Shown here piece by piece: positions 49,205 through 59,120 of a stretch of DNA of 64,000 nucleotides. Below the pieces are notes generated by a model. The model worked only from the letters and a program-made list of their open reading frames with translations. It was not told the origin of the DNA and did not search any database. Position 1 is the stretch's first letter. The number at the start of each line of letters is the position of its first letter. This DNA comes from a virus (taxonomy: Duplodnaviria > Caudoviricetes): IMG/VR virus record IMGVR_UViG_3300023047_000002; one strand, written 5' to 3'. The position numbers and the translations under genes were made by a program.

Positions 49205-51859
49205 TTACTTATGTGTCTGAATGAACAAACCGTATCCGCGAATAATGATAATGTCAGGCTTGTACATGTCCTCAGTCTGTACCCAAGAATTAAGAATCTC
49301 AGTCATATTTACAGAACAACCACGAGAATCATGACTATCCATGTACAACGGAACAATGCAGCTCAAATGCTTGAACTGCTCGCATGGTATCTGGTTTACA
49401 CCTGTAACACCTTGTATATCCATAGACACATGATTGAAAGTAAGATTTGAAAGGTTATCAGCAAGACGAACAACCAGTGTTTCAACATTCCTTACGCCAA
49501 ACACCGCTTCATCGCCCCATTGAGACACACCTTCACCGTGTTCCAAACCATCTGTATCGCCAAACAACTCAGGAATGAATCCGTCAGACGAACTTAAACT
49601 GTCTAGTCTCCATGTAGAAACACCTTCAGACATCTCTGCATGTGCCGCAACAATAACGGTAAATAATGGTGCACCACCGAGAACTCCAGAGTCTCCGATG
49701 AACGCAAACGTACTTGCATTATCTCCATCCATTCTAGACAATGCAATCTTTTGATGTCCACCGTTCGTCTCTGGTCTAAGGTGAATCCTATATCCACCTT
49801 CATTGCTTCTAAATGTTATACCGTCAGACGACACCGCTACACTGTGCATCAATCCACGAACGCCGTAAATTGATTTCCATGCATTGTCAGCTGCAATGTA
49901 AGCCTTACGTGCATTTTCAATCTGAGCTTCATAGATACCGAGAAGAACACCTTCCAACGTGTCAACATTGGCATTTAAAAGACCATTCTCTTCTGTTACC
50001 AACGCAGAATACTTATCTTTCAACACATCGACATCATTTAAAGAGTACGATTTGCGTATATCACCAGGTAATACAGCGACACGAGGAATTCCAATAACGT
50101 CTTCAACAGCATCGTCAGCACTGAACCCAATCGCATTCGGAAAACTTGTCGCAAATTCACGTGCAAGTTTAAGTCGTTTAGTACGTACTGTAACGTCATT
50201 ATCAGAAGCAGATTCCATAAGAAGGTTAAGTTCTAGCTTTGCACTTTCAAGACTCGTCGTACTGCTATTGATGACACCTAAATTATAAAGATACGATACC
50301 AACCACTCTTGTGAAGAACCATCATCGACTTCATCTGAAGTCAACTCAGATGGGTCATACTCACAGATTAAAGAAACAAACATGGATGCAAGGGCATCCT
50401 GAACATCATTCCGTGATAATGCAAGCTGAGAGTAACCCTGCCATAAACGAAGAGCCTGAAGACGTGAGACAGACTCAATGTCAAACACTGCAACAGAATC
50501 GTCACCAACATCTTCCAAAGTACTCTCATCACGATCTTCACTGATATTGAAAAAGTCTAGAACAGACGGCTGTGAAAGTTTCGTGAGAGACGAATGTGAC
50601 TCAGAGAACAATGCGAATGAAATTCCATCATTTTCTGACAGAACCACTTTGAAAAGACCTACCTCACCGGTCTCCATAAGATATGACACGAAGTGATCTG
50701 CATGACCTTTGGATGCTTTATCAACCAATGGTAATCCGGCGAGAATACCGTACTCAACACCATGTTCTTCATTTTTAAATTCAAACAGTGTGTTTGAATT
50801 TTCAATAACATCATCAGGCGAAATCCAAATCTTTTCGTCATAGACATTCTGCCTGTTTCTTACGGTGACGAACTCTCCGTTATTATAAAAACCGGCAGGA
50901 AGGTTTGCCTGATCAATCAAATGACCTTCACGGTCAAATAACTGCAAATCACTTGTTGCAGCATTGAACATTATTGTTGCAACACCGCCCTTGTCATCTT
51001 TGGAAATGTCCTCAATATCATGAAGAAGAGCTTGTGCATGTTCGTCAGCTTTAATACGTGCATACCCATTAGTAATAAGAAGTTGGAACGTAAGAAACAT
51101 CTGACCCTTGCCGTTATTCTTAATCGTAACTTCTGTGTCAGTAGTTGCTACTGCAAACACAATGGGTTCATCTACAGGAACCTCTGACTCTTCACCATCA
51201 GAACCACCAGAAAGAGGACTTCTAAAATTAATCCCTGATGAATTGAACAGATTACCGAAAGTACCTACGAACTCAATATGCTCACTCAAAGGAACTGTTG
51301 TCGGATCAGCACCATTGGATGAACCTAAAACAAACGAAGACGCATTAACATTATCAACAGACATATTGCTCGTAATGCGTAACGAACCCAATTCGTCAGA
51401 ACCACGTCTTAATGAAACGATAATATCTCCTTGTTCAGACCCTGTATCAGACACAAACTGAACAAAGTAATCGTTTCCTGCGACACCTGCCTGTTTTGCA
51501 CGTACATACAATTCAGGTGTGATTGACACGTGTGCAAAGGAAGGATTCGTAATCTTCGTTCGCATAAGTCGTGCAAGCAATGCAACAGACTTTAATGAAC
51601 GACCATCACCGTTATTATCGTTAAAGGACACAGCGATACGCGTATCATTTAAGTTTGCGTACTTTGTTGGGTATACCTTAAACAGAGTACCCTGTGTCCA
51701 GGAAGACAACTGATGATATTCAAGACGAAAGAGATTCTCGTTGGAAACACGTTCGTCAGAACAAAAAACACCAACAAACGACAAACGAAAATCCATTTGT
51801 GTCTTCATCTGATTAAGAAGAAACAAACCTCGACTTGTAATGACCTGTTGCTCGAACAT
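49205..51859 (-). CDS. Tail fibre/baseplate protein, paralog of 30741-34676
   Basis: N-terminal VITSRG; many conserved blocks shared with the paralog. Confidence 0.65.
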   Translation of the reverse strand: MFEQQVITSRGLFLLNQMKTQMDFRLSFVGVFCSDERVSNENLFRLEYHQLSSWTQGTLFKVYPTKYANLNDTRIAVSFNDNNGDGRSLKSVALLARLMRTKITNPSFAHVSITPELYVRAKQAGVAGNDYFVQFVSDTGSEQGDIIVSLRRGSDELGSLRITSNMSVDNVNASSFVLGSSNGADPTTVPLSEHIEFVGTFGNLFNSSGINFRSPLSGGSDGEESEVPVDEPIVFAVATTDTEVTIKNNGKGQMFLTFQLLITNGYARIKADEHAQALLHDIEDISKDDKGGVATIMFNAATSDLQLFDREGHLIDQANLPAGFYNNGEFVTVRNRQNVYDEKIWISPDDVIENSNTLFEFKNEEHGVEYGILAGLPLVDKASKGHADHFVSYLMETGEVGLFKVVLSENDGISFALFSESHSSLTKLSQPSVLDFFNISEDRDESTLEDVGDDSVAVFDIESVSRLQALRLWQGYSQLALSRNDVQDALASMFVSLICEYDPSELTSDEVDDGSSQEWLVSYLYNLGVINSSTTSLESAKLELNLLMESASDNDVTVRTKRLKLAREFATSFPNAIGFSADDAVEDVIGIPRVAVLPGDIRKSYSLNDVDVLKDKYSALVTEENGLLNANVDTLEGVLLGIYEAQIENARKAYIAADNAWKSIYGVRGLMHSVAVSSDGITFRSNEGGYRIHLRPETNGGHQKIALSRMDGDNASTFAFIGDSGVLGGAPLFTVIVAAHAEMSEGVSTWRLDSLSSSDGFIPELFGDTDGLEHGEGVSQWGDEAVFGVRNVETLVVRLADNLSNLTFNHVSMDIQGVTGVNQIPCEQFKHLSCIVPLYMDSHDSRGCSVNMTEILNSWVQTEDMYKPDIIIIRGYGLFIQTHK

Positions 51860-52073
51860 AGCATACCTCATACAAAATAAAGTACACGTACCCAACACAT
51901 ATAAGTACCAACCATAACAAACAGACAAGGACAAATATGGCTGATTTATAACTGCTCACATACAAAAATTAATCCTTTTGCTAAAATAACAAAAGAATTA
52001 CGCGAATACCCAAACATGAATCTAGGTAAACACCTAAAGAACGGTAGTAAGATACCTTATTTGATACGGAGCC

Positions 52074-52112
52074 TGCAGGAAGCTCACCGCCTTTAGACGA
52101 TTAGCAGTTCAC
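52074..52112 (+). mobile_element. Degenerate IS200/IS605 (tnpB-type) right end
   Basis: gcaggaagctcaccgcctttagacgattagcagttcac. Confidence 0.55.
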
Positions 52113-52134
52113 AACAGACTCCGTAAAAATGTTA

Positions 52135-52578
52135 TCACTTGAGATATGAAGGTTTATCAGGCCACACGATGTTCTCAGGGAAACCTTCCTGCTGTGTTAT
52201 ATCACGCAATGCCTGACGATACGACCTTAGAGCTTCACGGTCACTTTCAGATATTGGGTAGTCAGGTTGCATGAGATAATCCGTATCCGAAAGAAGTTTA
52301 TTACGTTTCGATCGTACCTCTGATGAAACATCCTGAATACGATTCTTGTTTATAGCATCAATGTCAGGCTCTGCGATCCGTATCCTGTTTGACTTAAACA
52401 GACTTAACAGCTCATTGTGGATAAGCGAATCATCCTTCACATAAGGACGAAACGTGTACGGGACCATTAATCTTGGATTTGAAAAAAGACGCAGTGTCAC
52501 ATCAAGAACTGTCTTGCCTTCATCAATCCAATGTGCATCCGAAAGGGAAAGAATTTCATTCATGTGTAAATTCTCCAT
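52135..52578 (-). CDS. Tail fibre assembly chaperone
   Basis: VRSKRNKLLSDTDY...YRQALRDITQQEGFP..I.WP family signature, downstream of a fibre gene. Confidence 0.88.
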   Translation of the reverse strand: MENLHMNEILSLSDAHWIDEGKTVLDVTLRLFSNPRLMVPYTFRPYVKDDSLIHNELLSLFKSNRIRIAEPDIDAINKNRIQDVSSEVRSKRNKLLSDTDYLMQPDYPISESDREALRSYRQALRDITQQEGFPENIVWPDKPSYLK

Positions 52579-52593
52579 AAAACAAGACTTATG

Positions 52594-55500
52594 TTAATAA
52601 ACACGTACAGCCAGTACAAGGTAATACCCACTACTGCTTCCCTCTCCACCAGATGAGTAACGGTTCAAAATCGCCCACGTACCCGAATAGACACCTGATG
52701 ATGAAGAATTGCTATAAAACGAAGAATCATACTGAGAATACTTGTAAAAATCACAAGGGTACAACGAGGAACCCGACACGAGGTCTCCTGCGTAATATGT
52801 GTTTCCAGAACTACCATAACTGGCATCACCCATGGATCCTTCCATATAAATGAAAAACAGACCTATGCTTCCAACTGACCCATAGGAAGTATACTTTGTC
52901 AATGCCTGATACGTGGACGAACATCCAGAAGCTCCGATACCACGTAATGCATTAGCTACGATCCCTGAAAGTCCTACTGCGTTGATCACTGCTCCATCAG
53001 CATCCTTAATGCATAACGAAGCCTCACTTTGAGTTCCTGTTGTAGCATTTCCAGTGTAAGACCGGATATCCAAGGACGGATTACCAGACCCTGATGCGTT
53101 CAATTGACCGTTAATAGTGACGCCTTCATCGGTGACAACAAGTGCATTTGGGTTTCCAGCTGTTCCGACAACCACACGACCGTGAACGGTCTGTTCTGTT
53201 GTTACGAACTCATTACTCACATTCTGGACGTTAGCTATAATAACTTCTGCGTCATCAGCACGAAGGACAACATCTTTAAGAGAAAGTGGAGCAGTTGAAA
53301 CTTCCCACTCTGTGTTCACTGGTGTTCCAATGTAAAATCCATTTGAGTAAACGTATCTCAAGTTATCCGTTGCAGAAGTAGATTTTGCGTCGGGTGCGGC
53401 ACTCACATACCGTTCAAATGACCAAATTCCTCCGGAAACACTTGGTGGGTTTGAAGTTATAAACGATGTAAGAATAGAAGGCTTGAATTGTTCAAGAAAC
53501 ACATCAGGTTGGTAAACGCTGTTGGTTTGTGAGTACGATGAAGAAGAACTCTTGTAACCTACGCCATCAACGTAATGCATATAAACGGACTGATACTCGT
53601 ATGTAGAACGTACATTACTGACAGCACTTAATGACGTAAGAGATGCATAACGTGAAGAAATAGTACCATATCCGACATCAAACGTTATTGATTCCCACAT
53701 ACGGTAGAATTCTTCTGGCTCAAGAGGAACAAAAATAACACCCAGTTCAGTGGTTTCCGTCATTCCTGCATCTCCCATCATGGATCCTTCTGGATTCTCT
53801 GGGTCATAATCACCTACAGATGCAGTGACCGACACTTTTCTAAGTATGCAGAAAAACATGTTAGAGTTTCCACCCCATGGAAGCCCTGTGCTATTGTTCC
53901 ACGTTGAAGTGAAAAACACGAACCCCTGATACTCAGGATCCCAATACGACGAATTATAAGAGGTCTTTGTGTAAGACCCAAGGCGATACGATGTGCCGTT
54001 AATCGTTATAGAAAGTTCAGAGCTATCATCATACAGATAATTTGAAGTTGAGTAATTAAAGTACACAAGATGGTAGAATGTGCCTTCATATTCCATCCCA
54101 GAATCTTCGTCACCATAGTCATCACTTGATGTTGACTCTCTCGCAGTCGTAAATGAACCTCCGAATGAAACGGAACCTGTGTAAAGCATAGAGTCGTCAA
54201 CAGGAATCTTTGACAGTGGAGCGTCACTTACGTCGTAATTTCTAAACGTAGAGGTTCCTGAATAGTTGGCAATGTCAAACAGAGACCTTCGACTGTCTGT
54301 GTTAAAACCAACAATCATGTACCACCAAGCCACATAATTTGAATGCTGTCTTGTTCTGTATGCGAGATTGAACACACCTTGACTATATGTTGCAGACGCA
54401 TTTGTCATGTCGCTTCCTTCGACGGAATTACTTCCTGCACGCATCAACACCGGCAATGTGATTCCGCTTACGGTATTGCTTCCGTAATTCGTCATGATCT
54501 CTTCAATAGTATATGTGCTGATCTCTCCGTTAAAACGGAAGTACATCTCATCAGATCCATCCAAGGTTCCGATAGAATACGTATTACTCGACTGATCCGT
54601 ATAAGTCTCGCCAGTGTCATTCCACTGACTGGTGTATGTCCATCCGGCAGAGACGAGATCTGCATTGTCATCAGAAGCATTAAGATTGTGAATGTAATGC
54701 GGAACTCCTGTGACGGAACTGGACAGTGGGAACAGAGCGCCGATTTCCGTCTGTGAACGAGAAACCGAAACATCCTGCAAGGGATAATAATCAGACGAAG
54801 ACGATGAGCCTCCTCCGCTTCCTGATATCGAGCTCTCAAGTGCGTCAATTCTTGCTTCATTGATTAGTGACGCGTAGGTCACTTCCTGAATCTTTCCGTC
54901 CTTGTACCGTAATATTGGATGCTCATAATCAAGAAAGAAACCAGTGGGGTGGCTATTTCCATGTATACGACCTAAATAGATATACAACTTCCCATTGACA
55001 CTCGAAGGAATAGACATAGACCACCACTGTTCCGTGTCAAGGTAGAACTTTCCGTCTGTCTGATTAAAGGTACACACAAGGTATATAGGATTATTTGGAA
55101 TCCATGTGACACCCAGAGCAAAATGATCGTTTAGAGCGACACCCGTTGTTCGAAAAAGGTTGACCCGGTCAACACTATACCCAGAAGGTGCAGAAGTATT
55201 ACTTACAACAAACAGAAACGGATAGAATCCTTCTGTAATACAATACCTCTGAGTCACATGGTTAATTTGCGTGTTAAATGGTACCAAAGAGCAGTAATGT
55301 GCACCATCGATATCAATCGGAACACAGATCTGCCCCGGGAATATTCCAGTAGAAAATGCCAAAATATTGTACCCAACTGCGTTTACGTCATACTGAACAG
55401 GATCGACGTAGTATGAGTTTGCGAACCAACCGCTTACAGAACTTCCATTAATAACCTTGTTCTCACAGTACGTCAGCTGAACAACAGCACCTGCGTTAAA

Positions 55501-57324
55501 CATCTGACTCTTAGCCTCATTAGTTCCATTGAACTTAACAGGAATCTCACCTGTCAGCCCGCCTGAACCGTTACTCATACTCAAGTTGAGCGTGACAGCC
55601 TGTGCACTACTATATCTGTACGGAAGGTAATAGTTGATACACATTCCATCATACAGAGCTTCCTGCTTTGAAATGCCTGTCCACAGGTGAGTTGCAGATG
55701 AATGACTGCCAATAATGAACTCTTGACCGTGTTCAAACGAATACTGCTGCAATGTCACCTCTGCTGTGTCGATGTGCTTACGTAACGTACAATGGCATGT
55801 GTATCCAAGATATGAAGAAGAGGTGCCTCCAAGTTCGAGCAACTCAAGGAAATCATAATCAGATGGAAAAGAAGGGTCACTCGCACTGACGGAACCACCA
55901 TCAACTTTAAACAGATTGCCGGTAAAGAACGTATCATTTACAGCAGATCCAAACAGAACAAACAGACCAACATCAGGACTGGAAATGTAGATGCCAAGAT
56001 TCTCAATGTCAGAGGAGGTAAGTGCCTGTTCAGATTCATGCAGAGAACCTGTGTTGTATTTATGGAAAATACCGACATATACGTTATTTTTCAGATAATC
56101 CTGAAACAGAAAGTCAGGATCTTCATTTCCAATGATAGAGTTTAAGAATTCACCAAGAGTTGTCGTGTTGCCACCTGTATAAGCACTTTGTGTTTCAGGG
56201 TTAAACAACTCAACCGAAAGCATGTCGCTCGTAAGTCGGAGCTCCATATTTGTCTTATATGTACCAGAGACAGGTAAGATGTAAAAATTTCCTGAATCGT
56301 ATATAAGTTCTAAACGACAGTGTTCGTTGACTACCTGATAAGTGCCATCGTCAGAGATGTACACCTTTTTTTCGGATGGTATGTGCAGATCAATACTTCG
56401 GTCAAACCTTGCATTGTCAATACTGCTTGTATCTAAATGCAACAACGTCTTGACATCACCTCCTGAACTTGTACTGTCTCTATGTTTAAACTGAATACCC
56501 CACTTGTCAACCTCGATACTTGCATACTCACCCGAATTGTTCCGATCCCTCGCAAGCAGCCTGAGTGTATTTCGTGCCCCACCAGTTGCTGCAAGGTCGT
56601 TCATAAGATAAGCATCCGTATTTCCAAGTGAAAGGTAGCCTTCTGGATGTAACGCAGACACACGGTTCTCGCCATACATTGTTCCGCTTCTAACGCTTAC
56701 TCCATTTGCTGATATGCTCGATGTTGAGTCCGAACCACTCAAGGTAAATGTCTTTAGAGAAGAGATTGTCTGATTCGTACCTACAGTCACATATCCAGAC
56801 AAGTCAGGACTGTCTATGTCACCGACAAGCATATCAACCTCATCTTTCGTGTAATAATTATCGTGCAACAACCCCTGAACAACGGAACCGTCGAAATCAG
56901 CACGTACAGTGAAAACGTCCTTCGTCTCCTCAATGTTGATCGTAAACTTAAGCCTCTCATCAGCGATGATTACCTCATCAGAAACACACCCGCACAAACA
57001 AACATCATGCGATGAACTGTTCACCGTAAGCGACACACAAACTAAGACAGTATACCCTTGATGCGGTGTGCCTGAAGTAACCTCTTCACCATGTACAGCC
57101 ATGTTTACTTCCTGGCTTACAGAATGAAGACAAGAAAGCTCTTTTACTGATTCACTAGGCAATGACGAAAGAAAACTTGACGCAACAGTCTCACGGATCT
57201 GAACCGCTGTGAGTTTCTGAGACAGAAGAAAACAACGAACCTCACTCATTTCGAAGGTCCGTGACTTAAGAGATGGGAGATAAGTCAAGCACTCGTTCGT
57301 AAGAACACATACGTCAAAAGCCAT
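52594..57324 (-). CDS. Long tail fibre / receptor-binding protein
   Basis: Shared N-terminal FD..VL...IEET..V...ADFDG domain; YYTKDEVD; Ser/Gly-rich; followed by chaperone. Confidence 0.75.
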   Translation of the reverse strand: MAFDVCVLTNECLTYLPSLKSRTFEMSEVRCFLLSQKLTAVQIRETVASSFLSSLPSESVKELSCLHSVSQEVNMAVHGEEVTSGTPHQGYTVLVCVSLTVNSSSHDVCLCGCVSDEVIIADERLKFTINIEETKDVFTVRADFDGSVVQGLLHDNYYTKDEVDMLVGDIDSPDLSGYVTVGTNQTISSLKTFTLSGSDSTSSISANGVSVRSGTMYGENRVSALHPEGYLSLGNTDAYLMNDLAATGGARNTLRLLARDRNNSGEYASIEVDKWGIQFKHRDSTSSGGDVKTLLHLDTSSIDNARFDRSIDLHIPSEKKVYISDDGTYQVVNEHCRLELIYDSGNFYILPVSGTYKTNMELRLTSDMLSVELFNPETQSAYTGGNTTTLGEFLNSIIGNEDPDFLFQDYLKNNVYVGIFHKYNTGSLHESEQALTSSDIENLGIYISSPDVGLFVLFGSAVNDTFFTGNLFKVDGGSVSASDPSFPSDYDFLELLELGGTSSSYLGYTCHCTLRKHIDTAEVTLQQYSFEHGQEFIIGSHSSATHLWTGISKQEALYDGMCINYYLPYRYSSAQAVTLNLSMSNGSGGLTGEIPVKFNGTNEAKSQMFNAGAVVQLTYCENKVINGSSVSGWFANSYYVDPVQYDVNAVGYNILAFSTGIFPGQICVPIDIDGAHYCSLVPFNTQINHVTQRYCITEGFYPFLFVVSNTSAPSGYSVDRVNLFRTTGVALNDHFALGVTWIPNNPIYLVCTFNQTDGKFYLDTEQWWSMSIPSSVNGKLYIYLGRIHGNSHPTGFFLDYEHPILRYKDGKIQEVTYASLINEARIDALESSISGSGGGSSSSSDYYPLQDVSVSRSQTEIGALFPLSSSVTGVPHYIHNLNASDDNADLVSAGWTYTSQWNDTGETYTDQSSNTYSIGTLDGSDEMYFRFNGEISTYTIEEIMTNYGSNTVSGITLPVLMRAGSNSVEGSDMTNASATYSQGVFNLAYRTRQHSNYVAWWYMIVGFNTDSRRSLFDIANYSGTSTFRNYDVSDAPLSKIPVDDSMLYTGSVSFGGSFTTARESTSSDDYGDEDSGMEYEGTFYHLVYFNYSTSNYLYDDSSELSITINGTSYRLGSYTKTSYNSSYWDPEYQGFVFFTSTWNNSTGLPWGGNSNMFFCILRKVSVTASVGDYDPENPEGSMMGDAGMTETTELGVIFVPLEPEEFYRMWESITFDVGYGTISSRYASLTSLSAVSNVRSTYEYQSVYMHYVDGVGYKSSSSSYSQTNSVYQPDVFLEQFKPSILTSFITSNPPSVSGGIWSFERYVSAAPDAKSTSATDNLRYVYSNGFYIGTPVNTEWEVSTAPLSLKDVVLRADDAEVIIANVQNVSNEFVTTEQTVHGRVVVGTAGNPNALVVTDEGVTINGQLNASGSGNPSLDIRSYTGNATTGTQSEASLCIKDADGAVINAVGLSGIVANALRGIGASGCSSTYQALTKYTSYGSVGSIGLFFIYMEGSMGDASYGSSGNTYYAGDLVSGSSLYPCDFYKYSQYDSSFYSNSSSSGVYSGTWAILNRYSSGGEGSSSGYYLVLAVRVY

Positions 57325-57530
57325 AACAACCACCTATATGCTTTGAAAGCATATCGAAGAAACACACGGTTCATGAACCTGCAAGTGTATCACGGTATGC
57401 ATTGTAACTGTTTGGGAACACAAAGTAATTGATAGAAAATAAGGTATGAAGTAGCTTAAAATTTGTAAAAGCACCTACACACAAACCAAACTCATGCATA
57501 GGTGCTTGTGTAATCATTTACGTGTAATGA

Positions 57531-59030
57531 TTACGGCTCGGGCTCAGCCTGTGAAGACTGTTCAGGAGCATCAGTGCACAAACACAGAGCGAAACCGTAA
57601 GAAGGATCAGCCATACCGGAAACATCCATTGCGTTCAAAGTGCGGAACGAATGACCGGCAGCGATCTTACGTCCGGTTGCATAGAAGTCACCTGCGTTAT
57701 CGTTGAGCTTGGCAATGTAAGACACAGCCTGTTTATTCTGCGTAGCATCACCCCACGTAGGAGGAACCTGATCATCAACAGTACTGAAATCAGAAATGCC
57801 TACCTCACCAACGAAGTTAATGGCGAGCCATACCATGGCACCCTTACCGACGTAGACATCACCAGACTGAGGATTCGCATCATCAGGGGAGATAGACTTT
57901 GAACTGCTAACAGCATTGTCAGCGATCTGAATCGCCTGTGAAAGGGAGACAAGATTGTTTTCCTGACTGTCATTTCCAGAGATGGCAGTGATGTCAGTAC
58001 ACTTGTTCTCGTCAGCAGCGGTACCAAGACCTAGTCCAATCGTAACATCGGAGGAAGCATTAGCGGAGAATGACTTCGTTGATGTATCATTAGAGGCACT
58101 CTTTGAAATCCTCAAAAGAGCCTTGCCGACGAACTCATCAACTGCCTGTGACGTAGGAACATTATCATCACTGGAACCAGAAGAAGGAATCTCAGTGACT
58201 ACGCCCTTAGCAGCAACGGAACCGAGAACGATGTTCTCAGCAGACGCCTGATTCGTTGAGAAGTCACCAAGCAGATTGTCATTAGAGACAGAACCTGCAT
58301 AGATGGAGATCGTGGTGTCCTTCACATAACTTGCAACGGCTGCATTCGTAGGCAACATGCCCTGATGTGCTTCGTCGCTAATATCAACAGACGAAGACGT
58401 ATTGGCATCGGCTGCGGAACCGAGACCGAGAGAGAACGTCTTGTTGTCATCTGTTGGAGAGAAGACAACAGCATCAGAGGAAGCATTTTTCTGTAAGGTC
58501 AAAACGGCCTTGCCCAAACGCTGCTCCAAGATGCCCTGTGTAATGTTTCCGTCGAAATCGGCAACGGCCTTGAGAACGCCGTTTGTCTCCTCAACATCGA
58601 ACGTCATGTAGAGAGAATCGCCGTTCGATACACGTTCGTCGGAAACCGCACACAGGATAGGCTTGTTCGTTATTGCAACGACAAACAAATGACCAGAAGC
58701 CTCGACATTGTTGCCACGGGCAACGACATGAAGCTCTGAAAGGAAAGAAGCAATGGAATCCATTTTAATAGCTTTGTAGGACTCTCCGTCTGAATTCCAC
58801 ACCATTGCCTCGCCAGACCCAGAAGGCTGAGCGGAAATAGTAACGCTATCTCCGATCTTCTCAAGGGACATGGAAGCAAAGTTCACGGAAGGCTTAGCGT
58901 CGCCAGAACCGATATCTGGAGTAGCGAGCATGTAAACTTCAAGAGCACCTTGTGAAAGCTGAAGGGAACGACTCCTAATCTGAGCCAATAACTGTGATCC
59001 CTCTGAACACAATACTGTTCTGTCAAACAT
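57531..59030 (-). CDS. Short tail fibre, paralog of 59121-62381
   Basis: Same N- and C-terminal domains; 2 clear [LV]PTxxAV repeats. Confidence 0.7.
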   Translation of the reverse strand: MFDRTVLCSEGSQLLAQIRSRSLQLSQGALEVYMLATPDIGSGDAKPSVNFASMSLEKIGDSVTISAQPSGSGEAMVWNSDGESYKAIKMDSIASFLSELHVVARGNNVEASGHLFVVAITNKPILCAVSDERVSNGDSLYMTFDVEETNGVLKAVADFDGNITQGILEQRLGKAVLTLQKNASSDAVVFSPTDDNKTFSLGLGSAADANTSSSVDISDEAHQGMLPTNAAVASYVKDTTISIYAGSVSNDNLLGDFSTNQASAENIVLGSVAAKGVVTEIPSSGSSDDNVPTSQAVDEFVGKALLRISKSASNDTSTKSFSANASSDVTIGLGLGTAADENKCTDITAISGNDSQENNLVSLSQAIQIADNAVSSSKSISPDDANPQSGDVYVGKGAMVWLAINFVGEVGISDFSTVDDQVPPTWGDATQNKQAVSYIAKLNDNAGDFYATGRKIAAGHSFRTLNAMDVSGMADPSYGFALCLCTDAPEQSSQAEPEP

Positions 59031-59120
59031 AAACACCTCTCATAAAAGTAAGTGCCCATTGAATGTGTTTGAAATGTAAGGTTCAATGGGCATATAAGTG
59101 AATCATCCTAAACGACTACG

